This document shows positions 45,483 through 59,126 of a stretch of 64,000 bases of DNA, piece after piece. Under the pieces are notes generated by a model, which worked only from the letters and a program-made list of their open reading frames with translations, ran no database searches and had not been told where the DNA came from. A program made the translations under genes and the position numbers. Origin of the DNA: Calcarisporiella thermophila CBS 279.70 (taxonomy: Eukaryota; Fungi; Calcarisporiellomycota); contig NW_027192203.1 in the NCBI RefSeq assembly GCF_041956535.1, positions 706,315-770,314 of the forward strand, read 5' to 3'. Numbering within the stretch: the first letter of the stretch is position 1; each line of letters opens with the position of its first letter.

Positions 45483-46704
45483 ATGGATTATGAAAGAGAG
45501 TCTAAGTTTTTCACTCTCCATGATGGGGCCGTCATCGCGTACCAGATATTGGGAGAGGATCGGGGCTCACTCCCATTGATAATGGTAAATGCATAATTTT
45601 AGACAACCTTAACATACATGAGAGTAATGTTCTCTCACAATTAGGTCTGTGGCATGTAAGCGTAACACCATCTTTTGTGAATCTTTTGCCACAGCATTCT
45701 GACTAATTATATATATTGAAGGGGGATGGTGAAAGAGGATTGGGATCCCGCTGCGCAAGGTGAGTGCAACGATTGGATTTCTCTATCTATTTAATTTTTA
45801 TCTACATATTTTGTATGATAGAACTGGCCAAATCTCGGCAAGGTTGGTTAAATTGGTTTCGCTTTGCACGCAAATTTGCAATGACTGCCCCCTCCTAACT
45901 GGCCACCTTGTTCGATAATAGTCCTTATCTTTGACAATCGCGGGATCGGTGAGTCTGAAGGCCCGGAACAATGGTTGCGCCTTGAACTTTACGCACTTGA
46001 CGTGGTGGAACTTGCCCTCCACGTTGGGTGGAAGGACGTGGCCATCTTGGGGCTATCCATGGGCGGGATGATTGTGCAGACCTTATTAGCCATCGGAGAT
46101 CCTCGCTTGAGAATCCATAGAGTGATACTCGTTGCAACGTAATTACAAAAGATATCCGCTGATTCAATCCCCTCTCCCGTTGGATTCTCACGCTTTCTAT
46201 CAACTAACCCATGGTAGCTCACCGAAAACGCCCGACTCGACCAAAATGACCGAAGCTAACAAGAAGCTGATTGCTCTCTCAAATGACCCGAACACAACCT
46301 CCGAGCAGCTCCTAGAGCATGCCTTCCACATTCTGGCCATCAGCTTCACACCTGAATATGTCGCGCATAACGAGGATAAGATTTACAAAATCATGGAGCG
46401 CTCTGCGTCCGGAAATCGGCCTCCGCAGACCAATTTGTTCCAAATGCGTGCGGTCGGTCGATACAATCTTGTCGAGGTGTTGCCCAGGCTGAAAGCCCCG
46501 CCCACTCTGGTGCTGCATGGGACTGAAGATCAGATAGTCGAGTACGAGAAAGGCGTGCTGATTCACAAGTTGCTGCAAGGCTCCCGCCTGATATCCGTGG
46601 AGGGTTGTGGTCATCTCATATTCGACCAGCGGCCGGAGCTACTGGACGATGTGAACCGGTTTGTGGAGGAGGGCGAAAGAGACGTAGGATATGCGAGATT
46701 ATAA
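45483..46704 (+). CDS. Alpha/beta hydrolase with micro-exons and PTS1 ARL
   Basis: DGAVIAYQILG, VLIFDNRGIGES, ILGLSMGG nucleophile elbow, TLVLHGTEDQIV, GCGH; ends GYARL*. Confidence 0.88.
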
Positions 46705-47118
46705 ATTGGAATTCCTCCGATATAACTTTGCTTTATTTATGTTAAGAGAATTGTAACATTAGACCACTTCCTAGTTGAAGTGGTGTATGTATTCTTAATT
46801 TATGCAGAGTGTCCATTGCATTTTTTTTTTTTGAAAGGCAGAGTAACAGTGAATTAGGGAACAAAACAAGACAAACATAGACATAAACATAAGAATAAGA
46901 TAAAAATAAGAAGAGGAAGAAAGAAAAAGTAGAAAAAAAGGTAAAAATATATTGAAGATTAAAAAAAATTGATTTCATAAATAAGCAAAAGGAAAAGGAA
47001 AATTGAGTTGATGAATGAAAACTACTTTCAAAATCTGAGTTCTTTCAAAATTGCTGTAGAATAGAGGAATTAACAAAAAGCTAAAAAAAAAGCGCGGGGG
47101 GATGGGATCGTAGCCTGA

Positions 47119-48295
47119 TCAAGCATAGGATTCGATTAATTTTCTCACACTTCGCGGAGTTTCGTCGTCATTATAGTGGCGTGTCATATGGCGGATTATT
47201 TGTATTAGGGCGGGGGTTTCGTCGCCTCCGAGCCGTTGCACCGCTTCCACGGATGGCTTCACATATACTGCCGACTGTCGCACGAACGCTCCCTCGCCAG
47301 AAATATGGTCGTAGACAACAATCGCAATCACCATGGAGCGGAGAAGCTGCGCACGTGTCTCCGGCCGGGTGTAGAATTGATTCACCAAAGAGCTATAGCA
47401 AGCAATGGAAAGGGAGGCGACGGTTTGCGGAAGGCAGGGACCAACTGAGTCTTTGTTCGCGAAAGAGCTGGCGACCCGAAGAAGGGTAGCAAACAGGGGA
47501 GAAGGCTGAGCGACGAACATCGAGATTTGGTTGGCAAGCTCATCCTCGGACATAGCCTTTCGCAAATTGGCCTAAACGCCAGAGAAGAGAGCATTTCGGT
47601 GGGAAATGGTTAGACGGGAGATCCACAAGTGAGCAACATTGAAGCACTAACCTGATCAGGCCTATCTCGACTTAGCATGCGACGGTAATAGGAAAAGTCA
47701 TTTTGAATGGCCGGTGTTCTCATCTGCAAGAAATACCCATGCAGTGAAGGCATTTAGCGGCTTGTGGCGATAAATGAACAAAGAGAATGCATACGCTACC
47801 TTCAACTGATCAAATTCGAACACAAAGCCCAAAACCCCCGTAAGAAGCTGCACAAGACCAGGGTGCTGCTCCAATGCGCTAGGGTTAGCGCATAGGGGTC
47901 TGAGCAGATCGGGCAACATGTCCTCAAGGAGAAGGGCATATTCATAGTACTCCTTCAAGCAAGCTGCGGTGACCTGAAGGACCCGCCAGGTCTCCTCTTC
48001 TTGCTCGGGAGACGGTGAGGTCATGAGCTAGTATTTATAAGGGCATAATTAATCTAAAGGAAAAACTCCTAAATTCAGATTCATTGGGGAATCTCACCTT
48101 CCTAATTTCCCCATCGCAAGCCCGGTACCCGCGGATGCTCTCAATTAGATGGGCTGTCCGCGTGAGAACCCTGAGCCGATCGTATACCCCACGCTCTTCC
48201 TCCGTCGGTGGTGCTTCAAAGTTTATGGCAATTTCGGGTACGGTGTCCTGCACTCGGGATTTAGAGAAAAATAGGGTAGAGCAAGCGGAGCCCAT
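47119..48295 (-). CDS. CYRI/FAM49 (DUF1394) Rac1-binding WAVE regulator
   Basis: MGSACS N-terminus; INFEAPPTEEE; FVFEFDQLK|MRTPAIQNDFSYYRR; LANQISMFVAQPSP; IVVYDHI; IRHMTRHYNDDETP. Confidence 0.9.
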
Positions 48296-48729
48296 TGTTG
48301 TTTACAAATTAGATGATGGAGAAAATGGTCGATGGGGGACGTGGATGGTAAAAAAAAAAATGGAGCAAAAGAGCGACTAGGAAATGGAGGATTAAATAGG
48401 GAAATAAACACAAGAGAGGTTAATGAAGGCAAGAGGATGTTACTAGTCACAGAGGCTAGAAATAATATTAAATAGAGGAAAGGATAAATACAACTACCAA
48501 CACTATTGAATGCTCAACCCTAAAGATGAAAACCTCACCGGGATTAAAACGTCCAAAAATATAAAATTTCAATTCAAAGGATTTCAGATATATAAAATGA
48601 ACTTGTTATTCTTTCGTTACACGGCGTGGCCCAACTATCACTAAGCCGCAAATTTTAGTTTAGTTCAACTTCGGGATTCGTTGACCTTCCGCCTGTGTTA
48701 TTTCCTTTCCGCGACTAACCTCGACAATC

Positions 48730-50132
48730 ATGTCCACGGCAGTGACGGGACCGGCGGGTACGCGTGAGGATCTACCCGCTTTTGCTTTGGTACGAATCAA
48801 ACGAAAGCGTAATGAAGAGCCTTTGGATGCTCTGTGTATGTTTTTTTGCTATTCCTTAATGGCAGGGTGTCCGCAGTCATAGATTAATGTCAAAGGAACT
48901 TTGGTGATTAGATGTGGAGCAAGCGCTCACACAACCTCCCCGCGAGAAGAGAGCGAAAAAGGAGAGAAGCTATAGTCTCGGTCAGCCTGAAAACCCACAA
49001 CTTTTCTGCCTTGCAGAGACGGTGAACAGCGAGTATTTCAACGATGACAAGGCCCGGGAGGAGCTTAGAGTACGTGTATATTAGCGGGCCTCTGAATACC
49101 AGTTTAATAAGTAGAAATTTATTATACTTAAATCTTTAGGATAGAATTGTAAAATTAAAGGAAAAGCGAGCACGTGAGGAATCTGAATCGTCACCACCAC
49201 AGGAAGAGAGAGAGCCGATCACCTCACCATCAAAGGCTCCCGTGCGATTCAGAGTCATACACAACAAGCAGAAAGAGGTAATAACCAATGAGGACGGCAT
49301 ACCAGAGTAAGTTTCTAAGGTTTATTACATCCTTGCGGTTACCCATTTTTTAATATGCTGCGCTAGAGTGTTAACATCCCCGAAGAAAGGAATGGCACCT
49401 GAGAAAAATGATGTGTTTCAGATGTATGATGCAGTAAAAGAGAGCAATAAGAAGCAAGGGTAATATAGTATGAAATGCTAGAGTCGATATGTTCGAAATG
49501 ATTAACCGTTATTACCTTACAGTGTGAAGAGACATCTACGCGAACAACAGTATGATCCCTCACCAGACGATATCATGTGTAATTTTCTTCCAATGGTGCG
49601 CGAATACCTCACACTCAACGAAAGTCGCTCCAGCACCACCACTAGCTCTTCCGCAACCGCCGAGGATGACGATGAGTATGTCTATGACATTTACTATCGC
49701 GCCGATCCTCCTGATCTCCGCACGGCCTACCGCAACGTAGGTGCTTTGACTTGGGAAGGAGAAGACAATTACTTTTTGGAAGACGATGTGGACACTAGCG
49801 ACGAAGATTATGAGGAAGAGGATTCTAATGGTATTTATAAGAGTACATTCAGTGGTGGAGGAATTTCCATAGATGCTGACGTGGAGTCCTTCTCTTATTA
49901 TAGACGAGGGTTTCTACACGCACGACTATCCCGAGGAGTATGAAGATGAAGAAGAAGTTGACGATTACGAACAAGGTGAGTTCTACTTAATAGAAGGGTT
50001 TCTACCGTTTTTAGAGCAATCAATTTTGACTCTTCCCCCCCTCTATCCTTTACTCTCCTATTTTTTCCCCCTTTAGTGATGCGACAGGATTATGAGGAGG
50101 AGAGCGACTACGATGAAGTTTATGTTTATTAG
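48730..50132 (+). CDS. IWR1: RNA polymerase II nuclear import factor Iwr1 (SLC7A6OS-like)
   Basis: VRIKRKRNEEPLDAL; DDEYVYDIYY; EEDSN|DEGFYTHDYPEE. Confidence 0.85.
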
Positions 50133-50557
50133 AATATGTTGCATTCATTTTTTTTTGGAAAAACTGCCTTTCACTCCACACGTTTTTTTTCGTTGTCCTG
50201 TATAGTCATCTTTCTATGATCACTAATTCTTGTTTAGGATCCAAAAATCTATATAAAGAAAAGGCCTCCATTTTAATCTCATCCAACTTCTAGTGTATAT
50301 ATGTATTATATATATAATGTCAGTGATGTATATAAATATAAAAAGAAATCTAGGAGAAAAAAGAGTCCACAGGAGAGAAGCCGAGAGTCGGGAAGGAGGG
50401 ATGAAACGAGAAGAAAAGGTAAATATTACAGTGGAAATAAGTTCAAGAAATTGCAAATACAATGGTCAACCCGGTTTCATTGATTGTCGCGAACACAAAC
50501 CCACGCAGAATTCAAAAAAAAGCACACAGGAGATACTAAAGTACAACTTCAAAAAGT

Positions 50558-51990
50558 TTACTCGTTTTGGATACCCAACATGACTTTAGACTGCTCATAG
50601 ACGGTAAAGCTCACGGCAATCATGGGGGTTACTTTCAAATAACCGATGCCAAGTCCCACGAAAAAGCCCCTCCACCCCCGTTCCCTTGCAATTACCCTCA
50701 CGGTATCAGCAAAAGACACAAACCTCTCGGGGTCGCGCAGGCCGTGAACCTGCATCCGTCGACGCACGACCTCTAGTGGGTACGAGCACGTGAGAGCGAT
50801 CGCTCCTGCCACACCACCGCACACAAGATTGGGGACTGTCTTGAGTCGCAATCGATCGCCCACTTTTGGATCGGGGAAGGTGGTATGGGGCAACCGGGTT
50901 TTACAGTATTCCGTTAAAACATGGTTCGTGCAGAAGGACACACCAGCATAGGGAATCATCCCGAGGATGGTAGGGTAAAAACCACGATAAAAATTCAGGA
51001 TAGGAGGCTTGCGTGCACTCTCTGCGTACACCTGTCGGCATGTCTGAATAAAGGAGGAGGCGCGCTCGTTTGACCGAGTCACTTGGAAAGCCATGCGGAC
51101 TCGCACTAGATCAAGCGGGTATGTGAACAAAACCGTAGTTACTCCTTTTAAGTAGAGGCGCCATAGAGAGGTTAGTAGTGTCGGGAAGTGAAAGGGAGGG
51201 AAAAGGTAATAAAAAAAATACCTGCCAGGGATCCGGCTACAAATTGCCTGGCGGTTGTCTCTTGTGCTTTTGTAGGCATTAATAGCTACATGAAGCCAGA
51301 TTTAAGGATTAGTTCACTATTGGATCATATGCCCTTCTGGTTAAGTATTTCGAACCACGATTCAACTTACAGTCTGGAACTGCTCATACGCAAGAAATTT
51401 GATTGCTGCATATGGGAATATACGCAATAGAGTTGCGGAGTGACCCTGCAGCAGCCCAAAGATGCCCGTGCTTCTGTATATATCACTGAGCGCTCGGAAA
51501 AACCCTAACCAAGATCCTATAAGTGAAGATGACAAAAAAAAAAGCTTTGTAAACATTTGCTCCCTTGTATGAGCCAAAGAGAAAGTTGAACGGTAAAGTT
51601 CATGGTAGTAGAATCTTGATTATATTACCAGAATACTGAAGGAAGTGCGGGTTACTTGATTGGAACAAAATCTTCACACGATCCAGGGGTGCAATCACGG
51701 TCTTTGCCTGTTGTTGTACGTTACATTATAGGCCAAAATGAGATTAATAATCCCCCCGTCAAAAAAACAGCCCGCTTATTCATCCTACTTACAGCACAGC
51801 CCGCAATTCCCCCTGCTAATCCACTTTTAAGGATGTAGTTCCAGTTGCGGGTGTCACGGCGATGATACTTATGCGCCTCGTCCCCTAGCTTCACACTCTC
51901 CACACGCTGCATTGCCTCTTCGTAACTATCCTTGGTTGGTAGTAATAATCGGTTTTCTGCCGCTGCTTCAGCTGTAACCGAAATGGCCAT
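50558..51990 (-). CDS. LEU5: Mitochondrial CoA carrier Leu5 (SLC25A16/42 family)
   Basis: [10 protein letters not shown]|[57 protein letters not shown]. Confidence 0.92.
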
Positions 51991-54301
51991 GAGAATTGTG
52001 GGAAAGAACTACTAGGTTTCTAATTTCGCACGTTTGTAAGCGATTAATCGGGTGTGGCTCATTTTATCACGGGGATTTGCAAATTTGGCCAAAGACAATG
52101 GGCAGTGGAGAGCCCGATTGCTTCCCACAATCCTGGAAAAAAAATTGACCGTTCATACAACCTTCCCTCGGATCTAAAAGTCTCTAGAGGCTGTCTAAAA
52201 ATCATTCATAAAATACCGTTTGATATATAGTTGAATATCTAAATCAAATGATCATTAGATTTTTATGTTGATATATCACAATGCTCAATTGCTAGTTAAG
52301 TAGCATGAGCTTGTGATAAACTGTTGTAATTGCAATCTCAATTCTCCCTGCAATTATCCTCCCTACGGTTCTAGAAAACGCCCCTAAGTTTGCAAGGTGT
52401 GAAGCGAAGGTATCTCGTGGACTTTTTACGCATTATGCTGTGAAAATGCAAGACAGCGGCAGTCAAGAAACTGCCGCTTCATATGGATAGTTAGTCCTTC
52501 CGATAGCATGAATAGGATAGCCTATATTCTCTTTAAGGTAAATACCGATCCAGCGTTTTCACAGGTTCCGGAGTGTCAAAGCACTATGTGTGCGCGATTT
52601 CCCGTTTGACTTTCCTTCATACTGGAGCCAATGCGAAAATCTAGGTAAAAAAAAAATAGACATTCAGGAACTCAAATTGATCCATTTTTAACCAAAAGGG
52701 CCCATTTTTTTTCAAGTCATGTTTATATATTTTGATGAGAATGCACATACTATTGCATTAGGATCACAGAGAAGAATTTTTTTGGTTTTGGACGCCCAAA
52801 TCAATTTTTAGATATGAGCTAACCAATTTTCCCTATTGAGCAACCTAGGGAAGGATTGCGTTGAGTTTTTCCTCTCTATCCAGAGGTCTAGGGAGTCGCA
52901 TCTTGTGTTTAAACGGAAGAGGGACTTTATATAACATGCTCATATATACATACATAAACAATGCATAAGAAATAAATGCAACACATCCTCCACTATTTTA
53001 CTTTCTTACTGGTGGCTCCATCCACCTGCCCACCTTGCTTTCGAAGCCTTGCAATTTCGGTTTCATTTCGGATGTTCTCCAAGATCATTGCGTGGGTGCG
53101 GTTCAAAATAAGGGAAAGAAAGAGCGTAAAGCCCGTCAGATAGCAGTTCCGCTGTTCACCAAAATCAAGGGGGAAATGATTAATGATCGAGTCTTCCTTC
53201 CGTCAAAAATAGATATGTTATGCTTTTACCTCGCTATAAAAGCGCGTTGCAGCCACGTTCATATGTGCTTGCACGGTAGATGGTTTTCCTCCATCACTGG
53301 CAAGCTCGATATTTTCTTGTATGCGCCACCAACGGTTCACTGCGTCAAGGAACAATACAAAGACAAATACCTGGGTGATCTTGGTCCAGTACCAAACTTT
53401 CTGCGCCTAGACACCAAATGGGCCATCGATAACGCAATTAATTAAAAGGCAAAAGTGATATCTAAATGAGGGAACACTCACAATTGGAGAATTGTGAAAG
53501 AAATTCATCATGGGCTTGCGCAATGTAAGAGGTAATGGTATCTATTTCACAGAGAGAATGCTTGTTGTCAATCCACTTCAAGTCAACATGAAATAGAAGC
53601 CCATTCTTACAATGAAAATGAGAAACAGCGCAATTTCGAGCACCAAGAGCCCGAAACAAAGTGTGTAGTGGATTGTCATTGTCAGGAATGGCGGAGAGAA
53701 TGCGGCGAGGAAAAAAAAGGCCTTGTCAATTAAACACGTTGAATATTGAAGAGAAATGGAACGAAAAGAGAGGTGGGGAGGGTTTATATCGTCTTTATAA
53801 TGCGAGGACGCCCAGGCAATTTGACGGCTAATTTGGAAGGAGAAAATTAAGTCGGGTGGCAAAATTTACAAACATCAATAGAGCGCTGACAAAACCTGGC
53901 TCAATGCTTGATGCGACTGTTCTCCAAATTCCACTACACCGGCTGCGCCAAGACTGATGCGTTGCAAGAAAGAGAGAATTCCGGTGCGGAGCCGCTATTG
54001 AAATCGCTGTGCAGTAATTTTGCGCCGCGGAAAATCGCTCTCGCCACATCCAAGTCTTGAACCACTTGGCACAAGCTCTATTAGAAATAGGATGCCTGTC
54101 AAACCACTCGACTATAAGGCTGGGAACAGGAAGAATAAATTAAGACTTAAGGGCATCCAGCCAAGATTAGCTCTGAATACCCCCTGTTTCCAGCCGCTCG
54201 AATTATCACTTGCTCCAATCTCCTGTGACGCCACCATTTCATTTATTTCAAAATTTCATATTTCCCCGGCAATTGCTCTCCTCATCTCATCCAATGACAA
54301 A

Positions 54302-56742
54302 ATGACATCGTTATCTTCTAATGACCAAACTATACACTATCCCCAGGTTCACCCCACAAAAGTTCTGCACGCATCCTCACCCGACCATGGGATCCACCCG
54401 CGTACATCTCATGACTCTCTTTGGAATGGAAGCCAAGAGGAGATCCGCCCTTCAGATGCAACTGCTACGCCTGCTGGGATGAGTGTGCATCCTGCAGAAC
54501 CGGATAATAGGATGCTGAAAACACAACCCGAAGCCGCGACAGCACGTCTGCCCACAGACAATATATCTCCATTAGATTCTTCTTCGCCGCTTGCCCCAGA
54601 TATAGCCAAGGTACCCTATAACAGAATCCTTTCTAATGAAACAGAATTTCATCTTATATCACCGTCTCGGACTTTTCAGAATGTGCCTACGCGTCGATCT
54701 ACCCTTGCTGTCCTTACCTCCGTATCACCTCATGGCGAGTCAAATGCTACGAATATTGATCAGGAGCTTTCTCTCTCCCGCCGAAACACCTTCGCAACTG
54801 AACTTGTGGCACGCACTCCACAAGAACTAGAGGAACTACATCAATTACAAGAGGAGTTGGCGAGAAGGAAGGCAAGGCTGTTATCGAAGCGGAAGCAAGA
54901 AGAGGAGCGCACAAAAGTGGTTATTGGGACGCGAATTGGTGAGGATCACGTTAACTATGTCCTCATGTATAATATGTTGACCGGGATACGGGTTGCTGTA
55001 AGTTAGCATGTTTTTTTTTAACCTATCTATGTATACTTGAAGTGGTTGTTTATCTATGTAAAATCAATGACTTTTTTTTAACAGGTATCAAGGTGTACCG
55101 CCAAATTGCAGCGTGAATTGACAGATGCAGATTTCAAGAGCGCTCATAAGATGAGCTTCGATATGTAAGTCTCGATGACAGCTTGAACCTGGTAGCGCTT
55201 GGCTCTAACCCCTTCTCCGCACAATAACAGCAAGGGAAACGAACTCACCCCATCGGCTAAATACGACTTTAAATTCAAGGACTATGCCCCATGTAAGTTC
55301 CTTATGACATCATGTGGTCTAGCTGTTTCCTACACCCATTAACTCGGCTCCTACCATGCCAATACCTATAGGGGTTTTCCGCTATCTACGCGAATTGTTT
55401 GGTCTAGATCCTGCAGATTTTCTCGTGTCGTTGACGAATAAATATGTCCTCTCGGAGCTCTCCTCCTCAGGCAAGAGTGGCGCTTTTTTCTACTACTCGC
55501 AAGATTACCGCTTCATCATTAAGACCATACATCATTCTGAGCACAAGTGGATGCGAAAAATTCTGAAAAACTACTACGAGGTAATGATAATATTAGTGCT
55601 GATGAATGGATTCTAGCTCCGATCATATTGGGCTCTAATGGGGATGGCATCTTTATTAGCACGTAAAGAAAAACCCAAACACGCTTCTATGCCGGTACTA
55701 TGGATTACACCGCATCAAATTACCGCATGGAAGGAAAATCCATTTTGTCGTCATGGGCAATGGTGCCGTATCTGGATCTGAACCCTATGACACCCATCTT
55801 GCTTCTGAGCTAAACTCCGCCTTGTTCTATAGTGTTTCCTTCCAACAAAGATATCCACGAGATCTATGATCTAAAAGGATCGACCTATGGCCGCGAATAC
55901 CCGGAGTCGGAGGCACGTCAGAACCCGCGCGCAGTCATGAAGGACTTGAATTGGCTGAATCGAGGAAAGGTCCTCCAGCTTGGACCAGAGAAGCGGCAGA
56001 TATTCCTTGCACAACTGCAACGAGATGTTAAGGTATTTTGAGTTGGGTTGGCGATTCGATATGGACAGTCTGCCTTTTTAAACAAGGAATCCGTTTCTTT
56101 TTCTTTCTTTCTCTTCCTCCCCTTTCTCTTCCCAGTTGCTTCAGACATTAAACATCATGGACTATAGCCTGCTCATTGGTATCCACAATTTGCGGCGCGG
56201 GAATAGCGAAAACCTACGTGCCAATACCCTGTATATCTTCAAGCCGGATCTCAAGCGGACGGAGCGCAAACTGGAGCGACAACCCTCTGGTCGACGCGGC
56301 TCACACGGGGGAGCCAAGGAGGATCAAATGAGTGCTCAGGCGTTGCGGCAGGCGGTGGTGGTGGCGGATCCTGTTCGGATCGATTCAACATTTCCGGAAG
56401 AAGTCCCCTCAGAGTAAGCCATTTTCCCTTCACTCGAAAGCGAAGAGCCACCTGGTTAACCTCGCCTATAGTCGTCTTAATTGTATATTCTACGCGGACG
56501 AGGGTGGCTTTCTCTCCTCCGACGAGAGAAATGGACCGGGAGTGGAGAATTACTACATGGGCATTATCGACATCTTGACTCCGTATGATATTTTCAAGAA
56601 AGCCGAGCACTTCATCAAAAGCTTCACCCAGGACAAGGAGAAAATATCTGCGGTGGATCCGACCACCTATGGGCTGCGATTCCTTCAGTTTATGAGGGAA
56701 GCAATCAAATGTCATGAGGACCTGCCGGAAATCCAGCTTTGA
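54302..56742 (+). CDS. MSS4: Phosphatidylinositol-4-phosphate 5-kinase Mss4/Its3
   Basis: [65 protein letters not shown]. Start codon approximate. Confidence 0.95.
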
Positions 56743-57189
56743 GAGTAAGGAGGATGAAGAGGAAAAACAAAAAATAGTGAGGAGGACAAGGAAGGAGCGA
56801 ATAGGCCGAGACTGTTGTTCATTTGCTATTTCAATATTTATCCAAGTTTCTGCATCAAAAAAAAGTGCGCAATAGACTCTTCCATTTTCCGCATTCTACT
56901 CTTTATTGTCTTTTATTGTCGTCGTGGGGCCATCCAGTCTCATAGATAGAATAGGAGGATTAGCGGCAAGCATCAGATTAAAAATCGTTGATATACATAG
57001 GTTGAAGCTGGGGCTCAGAAAGCCCAGCCGCACGAAAAGAAAGGGAAAGAAATAATCACACACTAGACTCGCTAGGAAAGATATTTACAGGCGACAGGAG
57101 TAGAAAGAAAGAACAATCGTAGAAGATATCTTTGTATATATTTATATATAACGCGGGGTCCTCTAACTTGACACCGCCTTGCAGCACCC

Positions 57190-57566
57190 TCAATCCACCT
57201 TCGATTTGGCCCGCTCCAGCTGATCTATCCAGAGCGAGTAGAAGATGTAGCAGATCAGGACGGCCATGGCAACGGCAACGCCCAGGATGGCGGCGAGCTG
57301 CTGGCCAAGCAAGTCGAAGGTGTAGAAGTAGACGTGGAGGGGGCAGAGCATCATGGTCAGTGCGAAGATGGTCACCTCGATAAAGGTGCCTCTGTAACAG
57401 GGGTTAGACGATGGTCATTAGCGACATGGCGGGCGAGGCCGAGACAGAGCCTCGGAACATCTAAGATCCGGGAGGATCGAGCTTACATTGTCAAGTAGTT
57501 AAAGCGGCCAATAGGCCGCGGCCCATCGTCGGAAGAGGGGGGGGATTGCGAGGGCGTTCCGGCCAT
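57190..57566 (-). CDS. VMA21: V-ATPase assembly factor Vma21-like, intron at 57392-57486
   Basis: Small two-TM protein: FALTMMLCPLHVYF...AAILGVAVAMAVLICYI...KSKVD* (di-lysine-like ER retrieval end). Confidence 0.65.
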
Positions 57567-57848
57567 GAGGGCGTCTATTTCCGGAGCAACCAAAGTCGAG
57601 GAAAAAGTGGGGAAAGGCGGAGGAACCAATGCCAGCCCGGGATCGCACCAGGGTGAAGCGGGTTTTAAAAACGGACTAGCAAATCCTAAAGGGTTCGGCT
57701 GCGGCTCCTGCTTTCTTGGGTTTTTGTTTGCTATGTTCCCGAGATTGACTAATTCGTCAAGCCCTCACTGAGGACTTTCTTTTTCGGCCTTTTGCTGGCT
57801 TCTCGCCCTTCTTCTCTCTCTCCTCGCCAAATCATCCCCGATAGCGAG

Positions 57849-59126
57849 ATGAATGACGACATCATCCAATGCTTTGAATGCCTCTGCTGCTACGAAGACA
57901 CGCCCTCCTCGGCCCAGATATGCTGCTCTGCCGGGCATCCCTTTTGTCACCAATGCCTCTCGCGCTCGGTCTCCGAGGGCCTGTTTGGCCAAGGCCATCT
58001 AGCCCGCCAAATTCTCTCGGGCGAGCTGCGTGTGCCATGCTTGACCGAATGCTCTGGGTGCTTCGACGAAGACGAAGTCAAGAGCGTGTTGCAAGGCGGC
58101 CTTCGCCGATCTTTTGCTAATGCCATACTGGCCGCTCTCGCGGCTCGCGCTAATAGAGGTGACGATGCCTCGCATGGAGAGAAAAGAGAAAGGAAGGAGG
58201 GGGAGGACAATGAGGAAGAACTCGCGGCAGTCCCCTCTTTGCGATGTTCAGGGGGGCATCCCGTGCTTCCTCTTTCCTCCCCGTCATCCTCCCAAGCCCA
58301 TCCTTCTCCCTACCTGCTTCTTCTCATTGCCTCTCTCATCTTTTGGCATTCCCCTCTTCTCTTCTCAACCGTGTCTTCTGCCATCCTTTTAACACGGATC
58401 CTCCGCTTTTTCGAAATCACGAGCTGGAGCTGGCGCTCAGAACTGAGTGCGGCCATCGATAGAACGCAGAAGCGCCGTCAGGGATGGGCATATGGTTGCC
58501 GATGTGGAAAGTGGACATGCTGGTGGTGTGGGGAAGAATGTAAAAGAGGTGGACACATGTGCAAGATGCAAATGGGAAAGGAGGGGATGCAACGCTACAT
58601 TGAGCGGGCGATGACGGGTGCTATCAAAAGAACTGTAAGTAGAGGGGCAGGAGTCCGGCCAGGTTGGACTAGATGCTAATCAGAATATGTATTATGTCTT
58701 AGTGCCCCAAGTGTTACCGGTCGTTTCAGAAGGAAGAAGGGTGCAACAAGTTGACGTGCCATTGCAGTAAGTATCCCTGCGCCTTCAACCTGATATCTCC
58801 AACCAAGCCCACTATTCTCTCCGTTCTTGAACTTATTAGACTTTGTGATGTGCTATGTTTGTGGCCAAGGGATACAGGACCAAGGCTATGCGCACTACTG
58901 CACGCATTTTCTGCCTCCCGGGTCGCCCCCTTGTAGCAAATGCTCCAAGTGTGGGCTGTATACAGGAGAAAGGGACGAGGAGGTGGTTGAGCGGGCGGGC
59001 AAACAGGCCATGAGGAATTGGTTGCGGGAACACGGACAGAGGGTGGGAATGGGGATGGGTTGGAGCGAGTATTTGCAGGAGTGTATTATAGGTTGGATCG
59101 AGCTGGTGGTGGGGACACTCTGTTGA
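57849..59126 (+). CDS. RBR (RING-IBR-RING) E3 ubiquitin ligase, RNF216/TRIAD3-like
   Basis: FECLCC..CSAGHPFCHQC..VPCLTEC (RING1); CGKWTCWWC..GHMC; RT|CPKCYRSFQKEEGCNKLTCHC|MCYVC (RING2); CSKCGLY. Confidence 0.85.

Noticed and set aside
52000-54300. Hidden gene in the long LEU5-MSS4 intergenic region (for example the 136-aa ORF at 53035)
   Set aside because: No recognisable motifs or coherent exon chain; probably regulatory or UTR sequence, though a small gene or ncRNA cannot be excluded.
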